18,103 nucleotides of DNA, from positions 1-18,103 of the forward strand of contig JBFLZG010000039.1 of assembly GCA_040756235.1 (NCBI GenBank). The letters run 5' to 3'. Both the position numbers and the translations under genes were made by a program. Below are positions 6,940 through 14,523 of this stretch, piece by piece (positions within the stretch are counted from its first letter, which is position 1; each line of letters opens with the position of its first letter). Source of the DNA: a bacterium. GTDB taxonomy: Bacteria; Desulfobacterota; DSWW01. Below the pieces are notes generated by a model, which searched no databases, was not told the DNA's origin, and worked only from the letters and a program-made list of their open reading frames with translations.

Positions 6940-7923
6940 ATGACGACAGGCACGGGTCCGAGAAAGAAATCTGCTGCATCGCTCATGCGGACACTTGTGG
7001 TCGTGCTGTCGGCTGCTGCCGTGGCCGTGTTCTTTCTTACCTTTACTCTTCACAGGATCGACCCCCTGCACTCCGGAAATCCGCAGGAATCCGGCATTCC
7101 GTTCTTCGTGCTTCCCACCCTTGCGGACGAACCGCCGGAGGCAAGTCTGATCGGGGCCGGGGAGGCGCTGCCGAATGAGCCTGCGCTCCCCGGAGCACAG
7201 GACCAGGCCGCCGAGGGGTCCGGGGCGCGCCCCTGGTACGGCCTTTGTCCCGAGGGGAGAGTAAAGTCCGTCCGCGATTTCCAGGACGAGGTCCTGGCCG
7301 ACCCCATGCTGCGCACCTACTATGACGGGTTTGACTGGAATGCGGCTCAGCTGATCAGGCTGGAAGCCCCTGTCGAGGCTTACCTGAGCTACAAGAAGAA
7401 CGGCCGCATCGTCCGCACGAAACGGAAGATGTCTCTGCCCGCAGGCGACGCGATCATCACGGACGGGCGGACCTGGGTAAGGGCCTACTGCTGCAATGAA
7501 GCCGTAGTGGAAAACCCGGAGGCTCCGGCTGCGGCGGATCTGTCCGCCGTGTCCGTCCAGCCGGCGGCAGACCAGCCCGCGGATGCGGAAGCCCTACTCG
7601 GCGGATCCGGCGAACCCGTTGGCCCCGAAACCGTGCTGCTCGACTCGGCCGGCGCGGAACCTGCGCCTGTCACGTATCTAGAACCCTCTGTGGCCTCGTT
7701 CTACAATCAGGTGGCCCCGCACTCTTCACCCACGGGCCCGATGATCGTCCCTTCCCGCTCCAGGGAGCCTGACCCGGACCCTCCGGAACCGCCCGTGCCT
7801 CCCTTGCCTCCGGGCCCCCCCCCGACTGCGCCGATCCCGGAGCCGGCTACCCTGCAGCTCCTGATGGCGGGGCTGGGAGCGTGGGGAGCTTACAGGTGGC
7901 GCAGACGGGGAGGCAAACCCTAG
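6940..7923 (+). CDS. PEP-CTERM (exosortase-sorted) surface protein, 327 aa
   Basis: C-terminus PIPEPATLQLLMAGLGAWGAYRWRRRGGKP (PEP, hydrophobic helix, Arg cluster) preceded by a Pro-rich linker. N-terminal hydrophobic segment LVVVLSAAAVAVFFLTFTL. ATG 6940 with GAGGAG RBS. Confidence 0.88.
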   Translation: MTTGTGPRKKSAASLMRTLVVVLSAAAVAVFFLTFTLHRIDPLHSGNPQESGIPFFVLPTLADEPPEASLIGAGEALPNEPALPGAQDQAAEGSGARPWYGLCPEGRVKSVRDFQDEVLADPMLRTYYDGFDWNAAQLIRLEAPVEAYLSYKKNGRIVRTKRKMSLPAGDAIITDGRTWVRAYCCNEAVVENPEAPAAADLSAVSVQPAADQPADAEALLGGSGEPVGPETVLLDSAGAEPAPVTYLEPSVASFYNQVAPHSSPTGPMIVPSRSREPDPDPPEPPVPPLPPGPPPTAPIPEPATLQLLMAGLGAWGAYRWRRRGGKP

Positions 7924-7926
7924 TTC

Positions 7927-7997
7927 CCCGGGGCGAGAGCCTCTGCAGCAGGGGGTGAGCAGGGGGCGGCCGGCCCTGGCCCTCTGGCGCACCCGGG
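7927..7997. repeat. GC-rich imperfect hairpin directly after the PEP-CTERM stop (REP-like or terminator-like)
   Basis: CCCGGG-GCG…CGC-A-CCCGGG closing arms around agggggtgagcagggggcggccggccctggccctct. No clear U-tract. Confidence 0.3.
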
Positions 7998-8226
7998 CTC
8001 GGGCTTCTCAATAAGTCGGCATGGGTTCGTTGCGCGCCGAGTGACCCCACGAAGACCTGCCGCCCTCCCTCAATCCGGTCCACAGACTACCCAGAGCCAA
8101 TCGCCAAACCAGAGGGGAGGCCGGATCAGGCTGCTGCTCCGGCGCGCAAGCGCCCCTTCGTAGTGATCTTTCCGTTGCGCCTCATTTTTTTATTGAAGCA
8201 GCAGCCGGGAAATGATAGAGACGGAA

Positions 8227-8318
8227 TCAATCGAACGATTGACGATCTCGATCGTTCGATTGAGCCCGCGCGCTACTCCGGACAACCGGCATTTCCGGAA
8301 GGGTCCGGATCGATCGAT
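8227..8318. promoter_or_regulatory. Three ATCG-N2-CGAT operator boxes upstream of tetR
   Basis: TCAATCG-AA-CGATTGA (8227-8242), TCGATCG-TT-CGATTGA (8248-8263) and GATCG-AT-CGATC (8308-8319). A weak sigma-70 candidate TTGAAG-N17-TAGAGA lies at 8193-8221, just upstream. Confidence 0.7.
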
Positions 8319-8336
8319 CTGACGGAGGGCGGGGAG

Positions 8337-9065
8337 ATGACGAGGCGGAGGGCGTCGACGGATACGTGGGAGCGCATCCTGGGCTGTGCGGAGGACCTGT
8401 TCGCCCGGCAGGGTTACGACGGCACCTCCACCCGTCAGATCGCTGCCCGGGCCGGCATTTCCATCCAGACGCTCCAGTACCACTGCGCCGGGAAGAAGAA
8501 CCTCTACAAGGCGGTCCTCGAGAGGACCGTCATCCCGGTCACGGATCAGATCAACCGCTACGTGGACAAGATGCTGGAGCGCGACCTGAAGGACGTCCGG
8601 GTGCTGGAGGAATCGCTGACGCGGATCATCGACGAGCTCTTCGACCTCCTGCACGGCCATCCGAATTATGCGCCCCTGTTCTATCGCCAGTGGCTGGTCG
8701 AGGACCCGGACTTGAGAAGCGTGGAGTGGGAAAGTCTCGTACCGGTCCTGCGCCGGTGGTCCAAGGGGGTCGAAGCGCGGCTGGACGAAGAGCGTCTCCG
8801 GGGCACGAATCTCTTCCTCCTTTTCCTGTCCCTGAGCTGGATGTACTGGGGCTTGTTCGTTCAGCCTCAGTTCATTGCCCGGTACATGGGCATGGACCCG
8901 GACTCACCTGACTTCCTGTCCTTGCTGAAAGGGCATGCCTGGGAAATGACGCTGAGGATGATGGAGCAGCGTCGGTCCTCGTTCTCTTCACCGTTTCAGG
9001 TTCAGGCGCGAACGGGACGAGCGAAGGCCACGGCAAGGCGCTCCGAAAGGAAAAGGGTCACATAG
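8337..9065 (+). CDS. TetR/AcrR-family transcriptional regulator, 242 aa
   Basis: HTH pattern ERILGCAEDLFARQGYDGTSTRQIAARAGISIQTLQYHCAGKKNLY. ATG 8337 after GGAGGG…GGGGAG (ORF-track start 8163 runs through the promoter). Confidence 0.93.
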   Translation: MTRRRASTDTWERILGCAEDLFARQGYDGTSTRQIAARAGISIQTLQYHCAGKKNLYKAVLERTVIPVTDQINRYVDKMLERDLKDVRVLEESLTRIIDELFDLLHGHPNYAPLFYRQWLVEDPDLRSVEWESLVPVLRRWSKGVEARLDEERLRGTNLFLLFLSLSWMYWGLFVQPQFIARYMGMDPDSPDFLSLLKGHAWEMTLRMMEQRRSSFSSPFQVQARTGRAKATARRSERKRVT

Positions 9066-9132
9066 GCCGCCGGTACAGACCGAGGGAGGGCGGGGGAGAC
9101 CGGATCGACCGCGACGCGGAACTGGGGGGGAA

Positions 9133-10590
9133 ATGGCCCGGTACGACCTGGCGATCGTAGGGGGTGGTCCCGGCGGGGCTTCCGCCGCCAAGACGGCTGC
9201 CGAGCTCGGCCTCAAGACCGTTTTCCTGGAAAGGGCCGGCCGGGCCGGCGAAAAGAACGCATCGGGCTGCGGGCTGGGCCAGCGGTGGTGGAAGGATTTC
9301 CCGGAGGTCATGGAGAGCGTCGTCAGGCTTCCTTCGTATCGGGAGATCGATACCTGCATTTTCAAGATCACGGACGAGGCCGACCACCTGGTCGCCACTC
9401 TCTCGACCGGGAAGACCCGGCGCGACCGGGAGCGCTTCTTCTGCGAGGGCGTGCCGCGGGGAATGTCCGGGACGAGCGTGTACCGCTCCGATCTGGACCC
9501 GCTCCTGGCGGAGCTCGCCTGTAAGGCCGGGGCCGAGCTGAGAACGTCGACGCTCGTCACGGATGTCCTGAGCAGGGACGGGAAGGTCAAGGGCGTCCTG
9601 ACGGGCAGAGGCGAAAAGATCGAAGCAGATGTCGTGATCGGCGCAGACGGGGCCCATTCGACCGTGGCGATCCGGTCCGGGATCCGCAAGAGATTCCGCA
9701 GGGACGAGATCACCCTGGTTCCTCAAGTGGATTTTTCCTGCAGCGAATCGAGGCTCGACGACGTGATCGGTGCCGCGAACCTGGTCTGGTTCGGCCCCTA
9801 CTGCGGTGCGTACCAGGTGAATTTCCGGGATGGTTTTCATCTCGGGTTGGGGCAATGGCTGGACGCCTGGGATACCCGGCCGCAGGACATGGTCAAGCGG
9901 ATCCTCAAGATCCCTGCCTTCCAGGCCATGTGCAGGGCCGTGGACGCGCAACTGAGGGAATTCCAGATCCACCTGCTCCCCTGGATGCCCCACCCCCCCA
10001 GGACCCATGGGGAGGGTGTCATGCTGGTGGGAGACGCAGGCGGATTCCCGTGCCCTCTCGAGGCGGAGGGGATCTGGCACGCCTGCATGTCGGGCCGGAT
10101 CGCCGCTCGGGTTGCCGCAGAGGCGATAGCGAAGGGAGAGCCCTCGGCAGCCGCCCTGGCCGAATACGAGCGGAGGTGGAAGGAGTCTTCCCTGAGCAGG
10201 GAGTACAGGTTCGGCCGAGAGTTCGTGAGCTTCTGGAGAAACTCCGCTTTCCATCCGGAGCTGATGAAGAAGATCGTCCTGTTCCTCGGAGAGCTTCAGA
10301 GCCTGACGTTCCCGGGCCCCGTATTCGACTGGAGCGATGACCACATGACGACCTTCAACGAACATCTGGAACATCTGCTGGACGTGCTGCCCGAGCTGTC
10401 CGGCTTCGCCAGACAGAACCTGGTCCCCCTGGGGCGAGGGATCTCGGCCAGGAACCGCGAACGGATCGCCGACATGCTGGCCGGGGCCATCCGCTCGCGG
10501 CTGCGCGGGATCGTCCCGCGGAGGCTCATCCGGGCCGTTCTTCGAAAAGCCCTGGGGCTCCCCGGGTCAGAGGGGGCGACTGCTGCTTGA
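9133..10590 (+). CDS. FixC-like / geranylgeranyl-reductase-family FAD oxidoreductase, 485 aa
   Basis: YDLAIVGGGPGG Rossmann motif, FixC-type LERAGRAGEKNASG, R-x-x-LD, VIGADGAHS, MLVGDAGG…EGIWHACMSGRIAA. Followed by a FixX-like ferredoxin. Confidence 0.85.
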   Translation: MARYDLAIVGGGPGGASAAKTAAELGLKTVFLERAGRAGEKNASGCGLGQRWWKDFPEVMESVVRLPSYREIDTCIFKITDEADHLVATLSTGKTRRDRERFFCEGVPRGMSGTSVYRSDLDPLLAELACKAGAELRTSTLVTDVLSRDGKVKGVLTGRGEKIEADVVIGADGAHSTVAIRSGIRKRFRRDEITLVPQVDFSCSESRLDDVIGAANLVWFGPYCGAYQVNFRDGFHLGLGQWLDAWDTRPQDMVKRILKIPAFQAMCRAVDAQLREFQIHLLPWMPHPPRTHGEGVMLVGDAGGFPCPLEAEGIWHACMSGRIAARVAAEAIAKGEPSAAALAEYERRWKESSLSREYRFGREFVSFWRNSAFHPELMKKIVLFLGELQSLTFPGPVFDWSDDHMTTFNEHLEHLLDVLPELSGFARQNLVPLGRGISARNRERIADMLAGAIRSRLRGIVPRRLIRAVLRKALGLPGSEGATAA

Positions 10591-10622
10591 ACGAAACGAA
10601 GCATGGCGGAGGCATGCGAGAC

Positions 10623-10934
10623 ATGGCAAACCGAGAAGCCCGCGGGGATGGGCTCACCCGATGGAAGGTGCGGGATCTGGTCTTCAGGGTCGAGGGTGCG
10701 GCCCCCGGCGACTTCATCGTCTACGACAGACGCAAGTGCAGCGGGTGCGGCCGGTGTGCCCTCGTGTGTGCGGCGAGCCTGTGGTCGGTTCGCGACCATG
10801 GCAAGGCCAGTCTCTCACCGCGTTACCGTGACTTCTGCCTGGAGTGCGCAGCCTGTTACGCGGTGTGCGATCAGGACGCGATCGATTTCCGGTACCCGGA
10901 TGGAGGCTCCGGGATCATCATCCGACACGGATAG
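10623..10934 (+). CDS. FixX-like 2[4Fe-4S] ferredoxin, 103 aa
   Basis: CSGCGRCALVC and CLECAACYAVC. C-terminus FRYPDGGSGIIIRHG matches the FixX-type Y-P-x-G-G-x-G ending. Start 10623 chosen from GGAGG at 10608-10612. Confidence 0.88.
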   Translation: MANREARGDGLTRWKVRDLVFRVEGAAPGDFIVYDRRKCSGCGRCALVCAASLWSVRDHGKASLSPRYRDFCLECAACYAVCDQDAIDFRYPDGGSGIIIRHG

Positions 10935-10954
10935 TCAGGAGCACAAGAAAAGAG

Positions 10955-11620
10955 ATGGAAGCACGGACCCGGGCGGTATGGGATTTCATGCAGAGATCCT
11001 ACAGGAAAGGCGCGCTGGACGAGCTGCTCGGTCTCGCGGGGGCTCTGGCCGACCCCGGCGCAGACCTGGGGGAGCAGCTCGGGAATTTCGAGGATCGCCT
11101 GAGCGCCGCGGACTTCGCTCGTTTCGAGACGATGTCCGGGGAAGCTCTGACGCCTGTGCTCCAGGCGCTCGCGCGCGAGGACGTGCTGGAAAGCCTGCGC
11201 GTGCTGACAGCCACCCTGAGGGCGGTGGTCGAGGGCGTGAAGGAGCGCACGGGCGGTGACGCCGAGGTCATGAGAGAGACGCTGGCCCTGGCGAGACGGA
11301 ATCTTTCTTCCCTTGGAACGGTTGCCGTGGCGCTCGCCCCGATCTTGGCGAAAGTGTATGGGCCTGCCGTCGAGGCCTTCATCCGGGAGAAGGGAGGAGC
11401 CCTGGCAGCCGGAGCCGTCAATGCCGGCTGCGCTGCCGTCAACCGAAAGCCGGAGATCGTCGCCCGAGTGATCTCGGATCTCTTTGCCCGGGTGGACGGC
11501 AGGGCCTTCGGCGAGGCTGCGGAGAGGGTCCTGGGAGCCGTGCTCGACCAGAAGCCGCCGCTCGTCGGCTGGACGACGGCTGCGCTCGTGAAAAGGACAA
11601 GAAGACGCCTGTTCGGATAG
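10955..11620 (+). CDS. Hypothetical alpha-helical protein, 221 aa
   Basis: Fills the operon gap 20 nt after the ferredoxin stop with high-GC codon usage. Ala/Leu/Glu/Arg-rich amphipathic sequence with no recognised motif. Confidence 0.75.
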   Translation: MEARTRAVWDFMQRSYRKGALDELLGLAGALADPGADLGEQLGNFEDRLSAADFARFETMSGEALTPVLQALAREDVLESLRVLTATLRAVVEGVKERTGGDAEVMRETLALARRNLSSLGTVAVALAPILAKVYGPAVEAFIREKGGALAAGAVNAGCAAVNRKPEIVARVISDLFARVDGRAFGEAAERVLGAVLDQKPPLVGWTTAALVKRTRRRLFG

Positions 11621-11645
11621 CGGGTGTTGAAAAACACCCCCTTGA

Positions 11646-11769
11646 GAGGCTGTTGAGAAATGGCAGATGCAAGGCGCGCGAGATCCTGAGGAATGAGGCG
11701 TACATGGAAGTACGCCGCAATGACGAAGGCTGAGCGCAACGCCGCAGATGGCCGTTTATCGGCAGCCTC
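11646..11769. mobile_element. MITE/REP-like structured repeat, copy 1 (complete, 124 bp)
   Basis: Terminal inverted repeats GAGGCTGTTGAGAAATGGC / GCCGTTTATCGGCAGCCTC (15/19; three of the four differences are G-T wobbles). Inner hairpin GGCGTAC-atggaa-GTACGCC. Second copy at 17959-18103. Confidence 0.8.
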
Positions 11770-11788
11770 GGTAGCGGGGAGCGAGGCC

Positions 11789-13237
11789 ATGGTCAAGACG
11801 GGAAAATGGGCCAAGATCGTGGGCAAGGGCCGCGCGGTCACGGATCCGCAGGTCCTTCGGCAATACCACAGCGACATGAGCTTCGTGTCCGGGAAGCTGC
11901 CGAAGTGTGTCGTCAGACCCCGCAGCGCGCAGGAGGTGCAGGCGATCGTGCGGCTGGCGAACGCCGAGGGTTGCGCATTGGTGCCTTGCTCGTCCGGAGG
12001 GCCCCGCACCCGGGGGGACACGCTGCCTGAAGCGGACGACGCCCTGATCGTGGATCTGACTGGCATGGACGCCATCGTGCGCCTCGACAAGCGGAACAAG
12101 GTGGCCTTGATCGAGCCCGGGGTATCGTTCGGCCGCCTCCGGGAGGCGGCTGCCGGGCAAGGTCTGCGGGTGGCCATGCCGCTCGCCCCGCGGAAGACGA
12201 AGTCGGTGGTGGCGAGCCTCCTCGAGCGGGAGCCCACCACGTATCCCAAGTATCACTGGGACATGTCCGATCCCTTGTGCTGCCTGGAGGTGATCTTCGG
12301 CACCGGGGACCTGTTCCGGACGGGCGGTGCCGCGGGCCCGGGAACGCTGGAGCAGCAGTGGGCCTCCGGGCAGGCACAGAAGAGCCCGATGGGCCCCTCC
12401 CAGACGGATTGGGCCAAGATCATCCAGGGGGCCCAGGGCACCATGGGAATCGTCACCTGGGCCTCCGTCAAACTGGAGCTCGAGCCGCACGCCGAGAGGG
12501 CATTCCTCGCCGGGGCACAGACGCCGGACGTTCTTCTCGACTTCACTTACGGCATCCTGAGGCCCAAGCTTCCGGATGTCTGCCTGATGCTGAATCGCGC
12601 GAACCTCTCTGCGCTTCTCGGAGAGGAGCTGGCGGAGGACTTCCCGCGGTGGGTGGCCTTCTACTCGATCTCGGGCTACGAGCATTTCCCCGAAGAACGG
12701 GTGGACTACATCGAGCAGGACATCCAGGACATCGCCAGGCGAACAGGGGTCCGGCCGTCCCGGCGCCTGAACGGTCTCGCCGCGCAACGCCTCCTCTCCC
12801 GGGTGACCGCACCGAGCGCGGAGCCTTACTGGAAGACCCGGCCCGGCGGGGCCTTTCACGACGTCTTCTTCCTGACCACCCTCGACAGGGCTCCTGAATT
12901 CGTCGGCGCGATGGAGACCGAGGCAGCCAGACACCGGATTCCCGGCCGGAATCTCGGGATCTATCTCCAGCCCATCCAGCAGGGAAGGGGGTGCCACGTC
13001 GAGCTCACCCTCTTCTATGACCCGGCAGACCCGGAGCAGGCCGCGGCCGTCGAGCAGCTGTTCCGGAACGCGAGCGCGAGGCTGATGGATCTGGGCGCGT
13101 TCTTCTCGAGGCCGTACGGTCCGTGGGCCGGTCCGGCCTACGGGAAATGCCCGGATACCGTGGCCGCCCTCAAGAAAGTAAAAGGCATCCTGGATCCCCG
13201 TGGAGTCATGAACCCGGGAAAACTCTGCTTCCGATGA
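11789..13237 (+). CDS. FAD-binding oxidoreductase, VAO/PCMH (GlcD-like) fold, 482 aa
   Basis: PKCVVRPRSAQEVQAIVRLAN, VDLTGMDAI, IEPGVSF, LEVIFGTGDLFRTG, GAQGTMGIVT, KGILDPRGVMNPGKL. Start set to ATG 11789; the ORF-track start 11693 is inside the repeat. Confidence 0.9.
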   Translation: MVKTGKWAKIVGKGRAVTDPQVLRQYHSDMSFVSGKLPKCVVRPRSAQEVQAIVRLANAEGCALVPCSSGGPRTRGDTLPEADDALIVDLTGMDAIVRLDKRNKVALIEPGVSFGRLREAAAGQGLRVAMPLAPRKTKSVVASLLEREPTTYPKYHWDMSDPLCCLEVIFGTGDLFRTGGAAGPGTLEQQWASGQAQKSPMGPSQTDWAKIIQGAQGTMGIVTWASVKLELEPHAERAFLAGAQTPDVLLDFTYGILRPKLPDVCLMLNRANLSALLGEELAEDFPRWVAFYSISGYEHFPEERVDYIEQDIQDIARRTGVRPSRRLNGLAAQRLLSRVTAPSAEPYWKTRPGGAFHDVFFLTTLDRAPEFVGAMETEAARHRIPGRNLGIYLQPIQQGRGCHVELTLFYDPADPEQAAAVEQLFRNASARLMDLGAFFSRPYGPWAGPAYGKCPDTVAALKKVKGILDPRGVMNPGKLCFR

Positions 13238-13250
13238 GAGGTCACGGACG

Positions 13251-14522
13251 ATGAGCCTGGAGGCACTGAAGAAGGACATGGACGGGTGCTCGCGCTGCTC
13301 GCACTGCAAGTGGACGCCGCACCTGCAGATCAAGAGCTGGCGCTTTGCCAGGGGATGCCCGTCCGTGGACCGTTTCAACTTCCATGCCTATTCCGGCGGC
13401 GGCAAGCTGAACATGGCCAATTCCATCCTGGAGGGGAGAAGCGAGCTGAACGACGCCGTGGCCGAGGTCATCTATCGCTGCCAGCTTTGCGGCGCCTGCC
13501 AGGTTGCCTGTCAGGCTTACAGGGACGACATCGACGTGGCCGACGTGCTCCTGGAGCTTCGGGCCAGATGCGTCGAGGAAGGCTTCGTGCTGCCGGAGCA
13601 TCTGGAATTGATCGAGAGCATGAAGCGTGAGGGCAACACGGTCGGGATGCGCAAGGCCGACAGGGGCGTGTGGGCCTCGGAGCTCGATCTGCCCGACGTC
13701 AACGAGCAGCGCGTGGAGGCGCTCTTTCACACCGGGTGCAGGTACTCCTGCGACGAGGATCTCTGGCAGGTCGCGCGGCTGAGCGTCCGGCTGCTGAGGA
13801 ATGCAGGGGTGGATGTCGGCATTGCCGGACGGGAAGAGGGCTGCTGCGGCGGCAGGGCCTACGAGCTCGGCTATCAGGGTGAAATGAAGAACTACGCCGA
13901 GGACATGGCGAGCCGGGTGCGGGCGTCGGGCTGCAAGACCCTGATCACGCCGTGCTCGGACTGCTACTACACCTTCAAGTACCTCTACCCCAAGAACGGG
14001 CTGGGTCTCGGCGTGGAAGTCCTTCACGTCACCGAGGTCCTCGCCTCCCTGATCAAGGGCAGCGTGATCCTGCCGGCAAAGAAGGTCCCTCTGAAAATCA
14101 CCTATCACGATCCCTGCCATCTGGGCCGCAGAGGCGAGATCTACAAGGAGTGGCACGGGAGCGACAAGCTCCTCAGGTCGGTGAAATACAAGCAGACCGG
14201 GAAGCTCGGCGTGTTCGAACCTCCCCGGGATATCCTGAGGGCCATACCGGGGATCGAGCTGGTGGAAATGGAACGCATCCGGGAATACAGCTGGTGCTGC
14301 GGCGCAGGGGGCGGCGTCCTGGAGGCGGAGCCCGCGTTTTCCGCGTGGACCGCGCACGACCGGCTCCAGGAGGCCAGGGCGACCGGGGCGGAGGCTCTCG
14401 TGACGGCCTGCCCGTGGTGCGAAAGGGTCTTCAAGGACGCGGCAGCGGTATCGGAAGCCGGAGACGCCCTGAAGGTCTATGACGTGACCGAGGTGCTCAG
14501 CCTCGCGCTGGAGGGGGAATAG
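13251..14522 (+). CDS. (Fe-S)-binding protein with 4Fe-4S dicluster and two CCG domains (GlcF/HdrD-like), 423 aa
   Basis: CSRCSHC…CP, CQLCGACQVAC, HTGC…EGCCGG…PCSDC, YHDPCHLGR…WCCGAGGG…TACPWC. Confidence 0.92.
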   Translation: MSLEALKKDMDGCSRCSHCKWTPHLQIKSWRFARGCPSVDRFNFHAYSGGGKLNMANSILEGRSELNDAVAEVIYRCQLCGACQVACQAYRDDIDVADVLLELRARCVEEGFVLPEHLELIESMKREGNTVGMRKADRGVWASELDLPDVNEQRVEALFHTGCRYSCDEDLWQVARLSVRLLRNAGVDVGIAGREEGCCGGRAYELGYQGEMKNYAEDMASRVRASGCKTLITPCSDCYYTFKYLYPKNGLGLGVEVLHVTEVLASLIKGSVILPAKKVPLKITYHDPCHLGRRGEIYKEWHGSDKLLRSVKYKQTGKLGVFEPPRDILRAIPGIELVEMERIREYSWCCGAGGGVLEAEPAFSAWTAHDRLQEARATGAEALVTACPWCERVFKDAAAVSEAGDALKVYDVTEVLSLALEGE

Positions 14523-14523
14523 G

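Noticed and set aside
6539..6979. Short ORFs in the lipoprotein/PEP-CTERM intergenic region
   Set aside because: No motifs, atypical composition, and they overlap the putative sigma-54 promoter and enhancer sites.
11693..11788. N-terminal extension MRRTWKYAAMTKAERNAADGRLSAAS of oxidoreductase A
   Set aside because: It is translated from the repeat element. The family-like sequence starts at ATG 11789, which has its own purine-rich RBS.
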